Positions 24,676 to 37,788 of a DNA stretch of 64,000 nt are shown in pieces. The DNA comes from Lepidodermella squamata (lineage: Eukaryota; Animalia; Gastrotricha), in the NCBI GenBank assembly GCA_047495785.1, contig JBLDXI010000004.1, positions 1,302,001-1,366,000 of the forward strand, in the 5' to 3' direction. Positions within the stretch are counted from its first letter, which is position 1. Each line of letters opens with the position of its first letter. Under the pieces are notes generated by a model. It did no database searches. It was not told the origin of the DNA and saw nothing but the letters and a program-made list of their open reading frames with translations. The position numbers and the translations under genes were made by a program.

Positions 24676-25599
24676 ATGGATCGTGAAGGGTGCACGAGAA
24701 CGCTGTTTTTTCCGAAACCGTCTGACGATGACGTCGAAGAAGTTAATAGAAAAATTGATATATTTAATATGGACGTCGAAATATATCAGCAAGTTCTTAC
24801 AGAAGTTAAAAATTATATAAATCATCGGTATGATTTCTTTTGATTATTCCGCATTTGATGTTCTTAACTTCTTTTTATTTTCATTCTTTAGCCTACCGAA
24901 GGTAACAGACGAATACGAAAGCGGGGGTTTGAGCAAGATCACGCAGTATATTGATGCGCTGCCTCCACTCAAGATCCAGCCCTTTAATCATGCTACTCAG
25001 AGAGCTGGTCAAGAATTGGAAGATGATCAAGTGGATGAGGAGACAGTAGCTGAGGTTAGTACGCGCAATTTGACTTTTCACCCGTTTGATTAAAGGGGTT
25101 TTTTCTTAATTTTTAGACGGTGACTGGAGAGAAACGACCTATCCTTACAGATGATGAAGTAGTAGATTACATATTTTCGGACATTCGTAGAGAAACCCAT
25201 GTAGATCCCATAACTCAGCATGATCTTGAAGGTTTAGATAATTTGAAAGATCTTTTCAGTTTTGCAGAGCCTATAATATCTGCGTTTAAAAATACTGCGT
25301 CGGAAATGCTTGTTAGAACATATGAGATAGGAAAGATCTTTTATCGCGCTAAAACTTTGTATAAAAAAATGCGAAAATCTTCTCATGGTTTCTTACCATA
25401 TCTAAGCAATAAAACTAAGTTCTCGAAGCCATATATAGGTAAGATAATCAAATTTTATGTTGGATTCAAAGCATATCCTCGTCTTCTTTTCTGTAACATA
25501 CCTCTAAATGAAATGATGCGATTGCAAAATAGAGTATTATCTTTAGTTGATAAATTTGAAGAAAAATATTCAAATTTACCTCCCTATGATGATAAGTAA
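24676..25599 (+). CDS. Three-exon hypothetical protein (~265 aa), possibly mobile-element/viral derived
   Basis: MDREGCTRT…NHR | LPKVTD…VAE | TVTGEKRP…YDDK* splices in frame with GT-AG introns (phases 2 and 0). The C-terminal helical domain reads YEIGKIF…FLPYL…SKPYIGKIIKFY…YPRLLFCNIP. Confidence 0.55.
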
Positions 25600-26302
25600 C
25601 ACATAGATAAATCAAGAATAATGAAATGTTTACCTTTCCGTGACTCTCATTGTTTCATTCTCTCGCCGTTTTCGTGCCTCTGTATAACGTATGTGTTAAT
25701 AATATATGATACGAAATGAGTCAAGGCTCGTTCACCCATGAACAACTTTCTTTTTCGACCTAATATCTTCAGTTTTCGATCTCTGATTGATAATAGACTA
25801 TGAATGCGCCGAGTGTGATAATAGATGATGCATCCGACTCGATACATTGCTTTCTGCCTCAATGAAAATATGATATTAATTATTAATTGATATATGATAT
25901 TAATGTTTGTTTTTGGTTGTGGGTTTAAAATAAAATGGAATGGGTTAACAGAAACTTTTGCTCCTTTATTACCTGTGTTGTTCTCATGGTAACATTGAAT
26001 TCTTGAAACCGAGAAAAAATGCTTCAGCTTTTAATAATAATGGACAGTTAATTCATCGGAAATGGAAATCAGCTCAACTCATTTCCACTGATTGGGCATC
26101 GAATACTCCCCCATTACACTGAAATTGTTTCCTCATTCGCGAACGTGCAACTGTCATAGCTCATCTTCCCAGTAATTTCAAACACACTAAATATTCGTTC
26201 AAAACGTCCTTGAAATATTTTGCCAATTTCCATGGTCAGGCTCGAATTGCCAAAAAGGGCGTAAGCCGTCGAGTGGCCCAGCTACGGCAATTCCTATCTG
26301 CT

Positions 26303-28181
26303 ATCAACTATCAAAGCTGCCTGCTCGGAGTAAGTCTCTTCTAATTTACCCGCATTTGATGTCTATTATTTCGTGTTTGAACAGAACGCGGTTTCGTGCA
26401 AAGATTCGTCTAACCGAAGTTCATGCTACGCAGCCTGCCCTCGAGACCTAACTCAGGTGAAACTTTAAAAACTCACGAATAAATGTTTCTATGGGCATGA
26501 TTCTAAAACAGGTTAAACTCTTCTAGGACTCGCTATCTTTTCAGCTGAACCACGGCAAGTGCATCGATGAGATAACGCCCAAGGTGAGTTCGCATTAACT
26601 CGAATTCACAAATGTCGCTAGCTAGTTCAACTGAAATGACATCTTATGGCATATGGCCTAGTTTGAGCCGTGGTCATAAAGTCATTATCCCCTGCTATAT
26701 GCTGCTATATGATCTGCCATAGGGAACCCAAGAATTAGATGGAGGACAGTCGTACTCCATGCTTACCATTAATGTTCACATAGTATCCCCGGCTTTATAA
26801 ATTTCAATGCCTATAAACTGAAAGTATAGGAAAGGGACAAACAATTATGATTCATTTTGCGAGTTTAACTGGAGGAAGAACGGAACGTACGTGTCATGAA
26901 TGAACACTGTATTATCACCTAACTGTATTTCTGTTTTCTTTTTCCGGTGAATTTCCTTAGTAAGATTTACTTCAATTAGGCTAGCGGAAGCTTCACCCTA
27001 GCGAAAGAGTCCAAATATTTTAGCCCGTCATTATACCGTTTCCGGTTTTAAAGAGGGAGAAGGCAGGCACAGATGGAAAATTGATCCTTACCCACTCCCA
27101 CAGTTGAAAATTTTGCTTTTTCCGAAGAATTCATAATCATCTATCGAGCTAACAATCATGCGCCATTCATCTTTTTCAGGAGATGCGAGTTCAGCTAATT
27201 GTAAATCAGCTTGATTTTGGTTTCAAATTTATTTTCAAATTCTATTGTATTCAGCCTATTTTCTTGGACTTTCGAGATGTTCCAGGATTCACAGGCGTAA
27301 ATGATGGTGTAGGTGTAGGAGCTAGGAGCTTTAATTTTGTTGATATGGAAACCGGATTCTTGTTGCACATAAACTTATTCATAGCCACCAGTGGTGGCGT
27401 ATTCGGGGCTGGTAGTTGGCTGGTAGTTAGCTTGGAAATCTTAAAGTCCATATTCCAACCAACAATAAAAAACGAATACATACTTGTTATTAAGAAATAT
27501 CACCTAAACTGAAATAAATTAATTCATATCGCTGTGTCTTGAAGACAATTTTACTAAGAACCATGTAACGCAGACCACCAGTCAATCTCCTCTCTCTCTC
27601 TCTGTAGTGCTTATTTTTGAGATCAAATAAAATCGAGAGAACATAAAATGTTACTTACATGCATATTTTAGCCGGCTGCGTATTTCCGCTGCGTCGACAA
27701 CAGCGATGGAACAGTTCATTGCGTCACGGCGTCGACAGGCTGCAATGCGGCTACTCAGCTTCGAATTCCGGCTAATGTGGTCTATGCGGACGAGAACACT
27801 TGCAAGAGTGCGACCAAGAAGTACACGGCGGTGGCTTATAGGGGTAACAGAGCTGACAGCGCGCCGAAATGCCCCGAAATCAATGCTACGTTGGCGACGA
27901 TTAGATCAGACGCTGAGCTCGCTGCGGCTAAACAAGCGATAACGCTGGCCAAATCTGCTGACCCTGCCTGGATCGCTCTAACTAGGAAAAACGGCGTGTT
28001 TCAATGGGATGATGGTTCGAGTTTCACTTTCGTCGAAACGCAGTGGGCTGATGTTAATGACGGCTGTGTTAAACTCCAGTTTTTCACCACCTCTCTGCAT
28101 GATGTCCCAGCCGATGGTTATTACTATACTTCCGTTGTGTGTGAAGCCTACGCTGCCTCAGTGTTATGCGAGTCGTTTTAG
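26303..28181 (+). pseudogene. Cys-module/C-type lectin gene copy 4 (3' half only)
   Basis: Begins mid exon 7. Exon 9 has TCG>TAG at 26524-26526. Terminal exon 27672-28181 (module + CTLD) is intact. Confidence 0.8.
27200..27460 (-). mobile_element. Degenerate RTE-like LINE fragment in intron
   Basis: Frameshifted ISTKLKLL…IIYACESWNISKVQENRLN, which resembles the RTE RT thumb motif LYGCETW. Confidence 0.55.
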
Positions 28182-28797
28182 TGGGACATTTTCTGTCTTT
28201 CTTCGGTGCGATGCCTTGTGAGATTGTCGTAAGAAGCCGAAGTAGAACTAAAATGATAATAATTGGAGAGATCATTCTTCTGATGTCTGATACGTGAACA
28301 ACTGCTTCACCGAGCATTTGAAATAAAACCATGCATTTCAAGACGACAAGATTCGTTAACTGGTAACAATAATTCCCACATGACCAAAGTTAAATTTTGC
28401 CAAGGAGACCCCATAGATCACTTCGTTCCCCATGGGTGTCTATGCTACACTCTAAAGATGTATTCACTTTATTTTTGCCCGATAAACCAATACGCGAGAA
28501 TAAAGCCTTACATCGACGCCTAAAGAGGTACACTGTTACACTATGTCTGGAAGTCGAAAGAAGACATTGACTCTTCGAAAGGGCCATATTTCAAAAGGTC
28601 AGTTATTAAATCAATCGAATTTCTAATGCTTTATTTTCTTCCTGCTTTTAGGCTAGGCCAGGACTTGGCTTTGATCTAAATTGCTGCGGACCCGCTCTTT
28701 TACGAAATTGCTTTGAAAGCACACCCTGAATCCCCCAATTCTTCTGAAGTCAATACGCAATAATTCAATTTGGTTGGAAAATGATATCGATTTTGCA

Positions 28798-30549
28798 GGC
28801 GAAGGGCCGGTTGGTGAGTAGATTGTGATGCAGCTAATGGAGCCATACTTGGATCAGGGTCACTGGCTTTATACTGATAATTGGTATACGGCGATGCGTC
28901 TGGCCGAAACGCTTCTTAACCGGCAAACACATCTCACTGGCACGATAAAAGCTAAGCGCGTCGGCAATCCCGAGTCAGTTATCCAGTCGGATGTCAAGAA
29001 AGGTAATTTTTAATAATTAAATACTTCGGGGAATTTAATTTTAAACTTTATAGGTGAACTTAAATGTCAGCAAAACGCCAACGGCGTAAGCGTCATGAAG
29101 TATAAGGACAAACGCATTGTCCACATGCTGAGCACTTGCCACTCGCCTACGTTGAAGGCAACAGGGAAGAAATGCCGGGACGGTACCGACCAAATGAAGC
29201 CATCGTGCATCATCGCCTACAACTCGGCAAAATGTGGCATTGACAAATCTGATCAAATGAGGTCGTACAATTCGCCACTTCGCAAAACGAAGCATTGGAC
29301 TCGCCGGTTGATGATGGAACTAACTTTGAATACAAGCGTAGTAAATGCCTGGATCATTTTTAACGAGGTAATATTTTTTATTTCGTTTTCCTCGTTTTTT
29401 ATTATTGTTTTGGTCAAGGTCATGGCGCAATCGAAACCGGGATTCAAAATACCGTTACGCCGATTTCGAGAGGAAATTTTGATGGAGCTTTTCAAAATTA
29501 AGCCTTTCGTTGAAGATTTTCCTGATAACGATGACGACTCGTTTGATGTGGACAATTTGGAAACAATACTTAATGACATTGAAACTACGCCAACGCCGAA
29601 ACCGACTCTCCAGCAGCCGCCAACTGCTCCCCGCAAGCAAGTATTCGATTGTGCCTGTACTGGCGCTTGCAATTGCGCTACCTTCTTCGAGTCAACATCG
29701 CCGGAACACTCCGACCAGCCTATCTCGGTCGCGCCAACGACAGGTTTCTCAACACCAGTAGCAATTTCAAACGTTCGCGATTCGGCAGAAGATTCTGCTC
29801 AGTCGGACATGTCTTTCGAGATCACTGATGAGGTTGCGAATCTAGTCGATAACGCAGTCGAAGACGGTCGCAAACGGAAAAGGCGCGCGAATTTCGCAAA
29901 GCCGGCCGAGGTTTCTGAGGGTAAACAGCATTATCTAGGAGAAGATGAGGTGGAAAAACGTACTGATTGCACCCGCTGCAAGAAAGTGGCGAAGAAACGG
30001 CAGCAGACTAAATATTTTTGCGCTACTTGCATCCTGCCTATGTGCTTGAAATGTTTCATCAAACACCAGCGCGAATAACTTTTTTCCTTCCTCTTGTTTT
30101 CTCTTGTCTTGAAAACGGCGTTTTCCGTCTTTTTGGATTTTTTCCTATCATAGGGCATTTCGTCTAAAAATAAACCGACTTATGATTATTACACTTTGAA
30201 ACATGGCGCATTTTATAGTGCCAAAATAAAAAATTTGGTTTGTTTCCAAAATCGATAATCGATAATCGATAATCGAAAATCAGTGATTTCTTCGGGAAGG
30301 AAAGAGTATTAAGTGATTTTGACTTCAGATTTGGGTTCTACGGGTGTTACTTGGTCTTGGTGAAGCACCAACGGATTTTTTAGAAGCACGGGTCTCGTGC
30401 AAAAAAATCGCAAAAAAGCAACACCCCCGCATACTCACATATGAGTATACGGCGATATCCTGCTAATTTGAGGCTACTCATATGTGAGTATATGGCTATA
30501 TTCTGCCAATTCGAGAATACTCACCTATGAGTATATGGCCGTTAAAGTG
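28798..30549 (+). mobile_element. 5'-truncated piggyBac (PGBD4-like) transposon with introns
   Basis: Motifs LYTDNWYT…GTIK, YNSAKCGIDKSDQ, and a C-terminal Cys-rich domain CTRC…TKYFCATCILPMCLKCFIKH (stop 30078). The right end is …GGCCGTTAAAGTG|TTAA with three TACTCANATATGAGTA-like subterminal palindromes. An in-frame TAG lies upstream at ~28820. Confidence 0.9.
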
Positions 30550-30717
30550 TTAAAATCCGCCCTGATTTAAAAGTTATGGAATCTAACAAAATAGCATAGC
30601 ACAAATCAGAGACTCGCATTAACCAATCACCTGAATATGAGCGTGGTATAGAAGGTCATGTGAACGGTGACAAAAATCAGGTAACAGCTTCAGATAGCAG
30701 TCTGTCTCTATGTAAAA

Positions 30718-31429
30718 CAGTGGTTCTCAAACCCTGGCACGCGTGCCAATCGGGAAAATTGATCGGCATGCGTGCCAAAACTGGCACGCAGAGGGTTTTG
30801 ACTACGTGCGTTCCAAAACTAAGAAGAACCGTTCTATTCTCATTTTAAGAGGTGTTTGGACGTATTTTTGGGGGAAATGCCTAAAAATTTCCTCGCTTCG
30901 CTCGTTTAATTTTTTGGAATTTCAATTTCCTAATCTTCACAAATGCATTGTGCATTGTGCAGCGTGTAACTTTACGTGGGGACTTCGTACCCTTCCCCCT
31001 TCATCTCGGATAGACAGGACAAGAAAATTAGAAATTAGCCTGCGTAAATTTTCGTCGATTTCTTCAATTTTGTTGGGTTTTGGAGCACGTATCAGCAGTA
31101 AATTTTCAAAATATTTTCGCTCCGCTCCGTTTTTGTTTGAAATCCCTAGTCTTCTGGGTAAACAAGTTTTCCATCCCTGGCAGCTCCAGGATCCAAGATC
31201 GCACCCTGGCATTATGAAATTTCTTCCATTCTTTTAGCTTGATAACCAATAGAAAATCAATAAAAAAATAAACTGTCTTAGCGTCTTAACAAAATCACCA
31301 CACATTCCCAATTTTGCAACACAGTGAGTAGGGGAACTATGGTATTTGCTGACAAATCTTGGAATGGCACGCGAGACCCTTGGCGTGCCACTTTTCTTGC
31401 ACAGCCTCGAAAAAGTTTCAGAACCACTG
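30718..31429. mobile_element. hAT non-autonomous element
   Basis: TIR CAGTGGTTCT, 8-bp TSD ATGTAAAA on both sides. Confidence 0.9.
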
Positions 31430-31643
31430 ATGTAAAACACGTGTTAGTTTATGTCAAACCATCAAATCATGTATTCACATACTACTCGAAGGTCTACAGT
31501 AACAAGGCGGAGCCGGGGATGATGAATTATCTACTGACCAATCTCCCCTTGTAGTCGTTACCTGCGATATCAAACGGGCTATTGGCTGATTTCAGAGTTT
31601 AGTTTCCAGCCTGATTTGACCGGTTCCGGAGACTTACATTCCC

Positions 31644-32084
31644 CATGTGACGTAGATAGGACGCCGCACTAAGAGGTTTTCGGACACGAAAAACTGAAGT
31701 CAGACTAATAAGGAGCAAAGTTCACCGTTTCAAATTTAATGAGATGAATCATGTCATTATTTTCCACCCCAATTTTTCTTGTGATATTTTTGTTGACTTT
31801 TGATCAAATTTTGAGCAGATGCCGCCATCCATCATTTGAATTCATCTTCAAAGATGCATCTCATCTCGGAAATCGCGCCAAAAACACTACTTTTTGCGAT
31901 CTTTAGAACTTGAACTAATTAATTTTAAATTTTAAAATTTTAATTATAAAACGAATTCGAATGAAGCCCCGTCATTTTGAATTTTCACGCTGCAAATTAT
32001 TCTGAATATTCATGAGCTAAAAAGTGAACTCGTCATTTGGTCAACCGGCGTGCTCTGAGTGCGGCGTCCTATCTACGTCACATG
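31644..32084. mobile_element. hAT-like MITE
   Basis: TIR CATGTGACGTAGATAGGACGCCGCACT, flanks ACATTCCC / ACTTTCCC (8-bp TSD with 1 mismatch). Confidence 0.8.
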
Positions 32085-32139
32085 ACTTTCCCGAGTCCCG
32101 TTGTCAATGACTTTCTATAAGACCTTTTCTTTGTATGAA

Positions 32140-32600
32140 TTTCACTGCAATAAATATTTAGCGCACTTACTACTTGGGATATATCCGATATACATTCAGC
32201 CGATGATACCATCTGGATACCTGCTGCATTTTCGAAAGAGAGAGATACCGATTTATTGGTGGTCTGCGTTACATAATTCTTGGTAACATTGCCTTTAAGA
32301 CACAGAGATATGAATTAATTAACTTCAGTATAGGTGATATTTCTTAATAATAAGTATTGGTTATTTATCGTTGGTTGGAATATAGATGGTGGTGAAGAAT
32401 TCGAATACTGTCCTTGAGGGCCTGTGAAGCGATATCGATGGCTGTGCCGGCGTTGATTCCATAGTCGCGCAGAAGTTTTACGGCTTCTGTTGTCAGGGAT
32501 CCGCGGGCACCGATGTATAGTCCATGTACTTCTATTGAATCTAGGTTGTATGCTAGCCTCAATGTGATTTTCAGTTTTTGACTTGTTTTCATGTGGCCTA
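32140..32600 (-). mobile_element. 3' end of an R2/NeSL-type (RLE endonuclease) non-LTR retrotransposon
   Basis: IEVHGLYIGARGSL…IASQALKDSIRI matches the GARG C-terminal motif of restriction-like endonuclease LINEs, followed by a UTR. Confidence 0.65.
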
Positions 32601-33256
32601 CCGCTTATGCAGCCACATCCTACGGAATTTCGGGAAAATCCAATGCTGTTTTCGACGTTATGAAAAAACGTCAAGCTCGCCGTAGCACTAGAAAGTGCAC
32701 TCGCCGTAGCTCTGCCGTAGCGCTGCCGTATTTGTGTTATTTTTGTGCTACCATTTTCGTATAATGTTGAAAGTGCACTCTAAGCATTGATAGCGCACTT
32801 TAAACATTGCAATTATACCTCAACGCTCAAGCAAATTTAATCCGCATTTAAAGTTTACTTTCAACTTCCAACGCCTGTATATAGAGTAAAATTGACAAGC
32901 AAACCAGTCACCCCCCCCCCCCCCCCCCCCTAACCTACTGGGGCATTTGGCTCAGATAGCCGCGCCGATCGGACCAATCAAGTGCGGTCCCTACAGCGTC
33001 ACTGCAATTGTGAAATCACAGACGACGGATCAGGCGACGGGATCATCAGATTGCCAAGTGGGACCAGCTTATACCGCCCAGCCCATCTCACCAGGCCCCT
33101 GAACCACCCACCACCTTGGGATCCCAACTAACCCATAGGCTAGAAATTCAGTTTATGTGTGACATAGGCGGGCCCGGAATGTACTTCTAATCTCGCATTT
33201 CAGTTGCCATTGCGTTGAGACGAAAGTGTGACTCGATCCGTCATCCTATTTGAATA

Positions 33257-33715
33257 CCGTATTTTATCGAATAGTATCCAACCTCAAATAATAGCCCCCT
33301 CGAATAATAGCCACAAAAATTCATCCAAATATTGGGCCCAAAGGTTAATAATAGCCCACCTCGAATAATAGCCACATTCAATATAGTAATAACAATAGTT
33401 CTAGTATGATCAGCTCATGTAGAAAGAATGGGGGAGGTGGCTAGCGTGCCTCAAGAAAATTGAGACGTAGAGAAGAGAAAGTGCAACAACGAGGAAGATA
33501 ACTACAGTGCATTTAAGCTTAATTACAGCGACAAAGAGGAATATATTCAAGCTAAAAATGAGCAAGAATGTCTGTTGAAGTGATGATTTGACGTTTTACG
33601 ATAAATAATAGCCTGCCTTGAATAAAAGCCCCCTCGAATAATAGCCCGATTTTTTTCACCACTTTTCGAGTTCGGAAAAAAATAATATCCCAGGATACTA
33701 TTAGATAAAATACGG
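33257..33715. mobile_element. Tc2/pogo-type MITE
   Basis: TA|CCGTATTTTATC … GATAAAATACGG|TA with repeated CTCGAATAATAGCC. Confidence 0.85.
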
Positions 33716-34258
33716 TATGCCGTTTTGTTGGGTGAGAGCGACCCATGCAGAAAGAATCTGCCAACCTGCTGGAGCTCTTGCCCAGCTGCGACTAAGCTGC
33801 GACCGTGGAAAAGTCTATATACAACACGGAAATTCGCGAGATGTTTTTGGCAGACTGTGAGACGCCGAACGATACAAACACGGCAAGTTGAGCAGTTTAG
33901 CAAGTTGAGTTATACGTATAATGTGGCGTATCCGGCTTCTACCAATTTTAATGTCACATAATTCGAAAAAATCCTGAGAGCTGACTTGATCTCTGAAAAT
34001 GATCTCAGTGCACTCAGGCACGCGATTGATGCGATTACGCAATCACACTTCACTAAGTGTGGGCCGACTTGAAATAAAACACCGACAAGCAAAAACGCGT
34101 TATTTTATTGAAGGCAATACACAGTAAAAAGCGTGCCTCAATCCACTTTTTGCGCTTAAATACGGCTTCGCCATTCACATTTTCATTCACTCAAATTTTC
34201 TCTACAAATTTCGAACTTTTTTAGCGAATTAAACTTTGGCTACGTTCCGGGCGATAAA

Positions 34259-37200
34259 ATGGCTGCTTATCTCTTTGCTATGCTGCTGGCCCTAATGTTA
34301 TCTTCAAGCGATGTTGCTTTCGGTAAGGAGAAGAACTGGGTTCGCTGCTTCTCGCAGTTCAGCAACCGATTCACCAGCTGTGTGCCAGCTGCCGATGGCT
34401 GTAATCCACTCACCGAATATCAGGTTTTTCTACTCAATGTTATCTTCGAAGAAAACGATTGATTAAAATGTTTCTCATCAATAGTTGGGCTCAATTTTTC
34501 GAACAACGGGTGAATGCAACACTGGGGTATGTCAACTTTTCTGCTAAGTCTTTTTTTAATATTGCCATGTTTTTTCTCAATAGAATGCCAGGATGTGCTA
34601 CAAATACGAGGCTCTTACTCCGTTCTGCGTACCTGGCAACGTCGGCTGTAACAACCCGGGTGATATGAATGTAAGCCTCATTCCATTTTGTGAAGTCTCT
34701 AAATCAAAATAATATTTTTCTGTTTTTTCTCATCTTTGAGGTAATATGATTTTTGTATTTCAGACGTTCTGGTTTAACGATCAGACTGCGGCGCTGAGCT
34801 TGAAATTCAACCTCAACGAATGTGAGAAAAAGATAGCTGCATTCGAGGTAAGATTTCCGGAAACTTGACCGTCACGGAATATTTTTCACGTTTGTTTTAT
34901 TCCAGACTTCGAAATTCAGGCGCTGTACGTCGAACAACGTCATCAAGACTTGCGTTCCGGATCCGTTTTCTTGCCCCAACAACTGGGTGCGTCATTTGGG
35001 CCGTCATTGGTGTCGTATTTTTTATTCTCGTCTTCGTTTCGCCTACAGGTTACTGAATCAACTGTGTATCCGAATCTTGCGTCTTGCACCAATGGAACAG
35101 GTTTGTGGGTTTGATGTACTTATTTGTGAAAAAATATGTTAAACAAATCGGGCAGTTATACGTGGGGGTAATTATTGGAGGTAGGAATTTCTAAGAAATT
35201 ACAAATGTTTAGATTACAAAAATTTATAAGTTTTAGCCAGTGAGGTTTGCGGATTACCAATGAAGGCATTGCACCGAAAAGGATCCTTTAGCTTGGACTA
35301 TTGTGTGCTAGTAATTTTTCAAATCAGAAACGGAATTTCCTGTTATCTCTCCGAGGCCTCTCGAGCTGGTTTCTTGACATTTTCACATTTCCCCTTGCTT
35401 GAAAAATTGTTGAAGGTAGGGGTTAATTTAGTTATAGGGTGTTTAATTTTGGACGCCTCGCTAGCTCAGTTGGAAAGGCACAGACATTTCGCTCTCGTCA
35501 AGATACTGTTTCAAGAATATATAAAATTGAAATTATTTTCGACCGGCATAGAGAATGTAGTACTACGTTCTCTATGTCGACCGGGAATTAGGGAGTCCCA
35601 AACAGGGAGTTTTGTTATTTTATTTATTCAATTTATTTCTTTAACCAGGGACCTTCTTGATTCGATAATAGCCAATCATTGTCCCGCACTAGGAAAAAAA
35701 CTAGGTTTATTAGCTGATTTTTAGCTCGGAGCAAAAACTGAGACGTCAATTGTCAATTTTCGCATGCTGATTAGAGGGACATATGAGGGTTTATTAGCCT
35801 ATCCCAGCCCTGACCCGAGCTAATTAGCTTGTCTTTCATTGTGAGACTAAATAAAGCAGTTGTCAGACAATGAAAATCTAGCTTATTAGCTAGCAAAGGC
35901 TATTAAAACCCTCCTATGTCCCTCTAATCAGCTGTGTTTTCGCATGTAAATTGACGTCTCAGTTTTGGCTCCGAGCTAAAAATCAGCTAAAAAAAACTTG
36001 TTTTTTTCCTAGTGCGTATTTCGTGTTCTATTCCAATATTTCAATTCCCCTAAAATGAAGAAGACATTTTTGCCTCCAAATATTTCTATCGGTTTATAAA
36101 ATTCATAAAAGATTCATCGTGTCGTTTTTCTGCGGAAATGAATTGAAATCGAAAGCTGATGGATCGAAAATCCACGTTTTGCGGTGGATCTTTGATGAAC
36201 CATTTGGACTACACAGAAAGCCAGTGTTCAAATGGTTAATCATAGATCCACCGTAAAACGTGGATTCTTCAGCTTTCTATTTCCCTCCCAGGACAATTTT
36301 GAGCTTTGTCCAATTTTGAACAGTCTGACTTTTTCAAGTCTTGCATTGATTGAGGTTTTATGTTTTCGTGTTGTTCAGTCACGGTCCCTGTGAGCGAGAA
36401 GCCGCACATCCGCTGTTTCGACTCGACAACTGGCAAATTCAACGCCTGCCGACCACAAAGCACTGGCTGCTCGGCTAACAATGAAACTCAGCGATATTCG
36501 ACTAATGTGTTCATCAACTATCAAAGCTGCCTGCTCGGAGTAAGTCTCTTCTCATTTACCCGCATTTGATGTCTATAATTTCATTTTTGAACAGAACGCG
36601 GTTTCGTGCAAAGATTCGTCTAACCGAAGTTCATGCTACGCCGCCTGCCCTCGAGACCTAACTCAGGTGAAACTTTAAAAACTCACGAATAAATGTTTCT
36701 ATGGGCATGATTCTAAAACAGGTTAAACTCTTCTCGGACTCGCAATCTTTTCAGCTGAACCACGGCAAGTGCATCGATGAGATAACGCCCAAGGTGAGTT
36801 CGCATTAACTCTGAATCCCGAATGTCGCTAGCTAGTCGCAAGTTCAACTGAAATTATATTTTATGGCATACGGCCTAGTTTGAGCTTTTGGTTTGATGGT
36901 ATAGCAATAAGGCAATCAGTTAAGCTTCATCGGCTTCAATCGGACAATCGATGCAAGAAGAGCCGTGTTCCAGCATGCTTAACGTGGATGTTCATATAGC
37001 TTTTAAATTTTCAATTCCCAAAAACTGTAAGATCTGTAAAAAGAATGGGATAGTCCCCTGGTACATTTCAATATTTTCAATCAATTTTTAGAAGTTATTT
37101 ATTTTTTGATTAATTGAAAATCAACAACAACAAAAAATATGATTCATTTTGTGGGTCTAACGGGAGGGAAAGAGGGGCGTGGCGTGAGGGGCGTCACCAG

Positions 37201-37788
37201 GCTTTATTACTATCACTTGAAACTTGGACAAAATCGAGATGACAAAAAATGTTACCTACTGTCTCCTGTCAATTTTAGCCGGCTGGGTATTTCCGCTGCG
37301 TCGACAACAGCGATGGCGCTGTTCACTGCGTCACGGCGTCGGCAGGCTGCAATGCGGCAACCCAGCTTCGAATTCCGGCTAATGTGGTCTATCCGGACGA
37401 GAACACTTGCAAGAATGCGACCAAAAAGTACACGGTGGTGGCTAATATTGGTTACAGAGCTGACAGCATGGCTAAATGCGTCGAAGTCAATGCTACGTTG
37501 GCGACGATTAGATCAGACGCTGAGCTCGCTGCGGCTAAACAAGCGCTGACGGCGGCGAGGGCGGGTGACGCTTGGATTGCTCTCAATCAGCAAAATTTAG
37601 GCGAATACAGATGGGATGATGGATCTAGTTTCACTTACGTCGCATCGCAGTGGAGAGAGGGTTCCGGCAACTGTGCTGCAATCCTATATTATCGTGCGCC
37701 TTCGGGGGCAGTCCCACCCGAAGGTTATTACTATAAAATCTTTTCTTGCCAAGTCAAATTAACCGGTGTCTTATGCGAGTCGTTTTAG
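34259..37788 (+). CDS. Secreted protein: signal peptide + six 4-Cys modules + C-terminal C-type lectin domain (copy 5, intact, ~440 aa, 10 exons)
   Basis: All exons splice in frame (exon 1 34259-34423, terminal exon 37279-37788). CTLD signature C…LATIRS…E…WIAL…WDDGS…C…C…LCE. Confidence 0.85.
35687..36014. mobile_element. CMC (CACTA/Mirage-like) MITE
   Basis: Long TIRs beginning CACTAGGAAAAAAA, 2-bp TSD CG. Absent from the paralogous intron in copy 2. Confidence 0.8.

Noticed and set aside
14277-28181. Diversity-generating retroelement (variable C-type lectin + nearby RT)
   Set aside because: The RT is a truncated LINE-type fragment. No template repeat is visible, and differences between lectin exons are not adenine-specific and include indels.
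30743-31554. ORFs of 164 aa and shorter
   Set aside because: They lie within a hAT non-autonomous element and have no protein motifs.
35260-35724. 154-aa ORF
   Set aside because: It lies within intron 6 of copy 5, runs into a MITE and has no motif.
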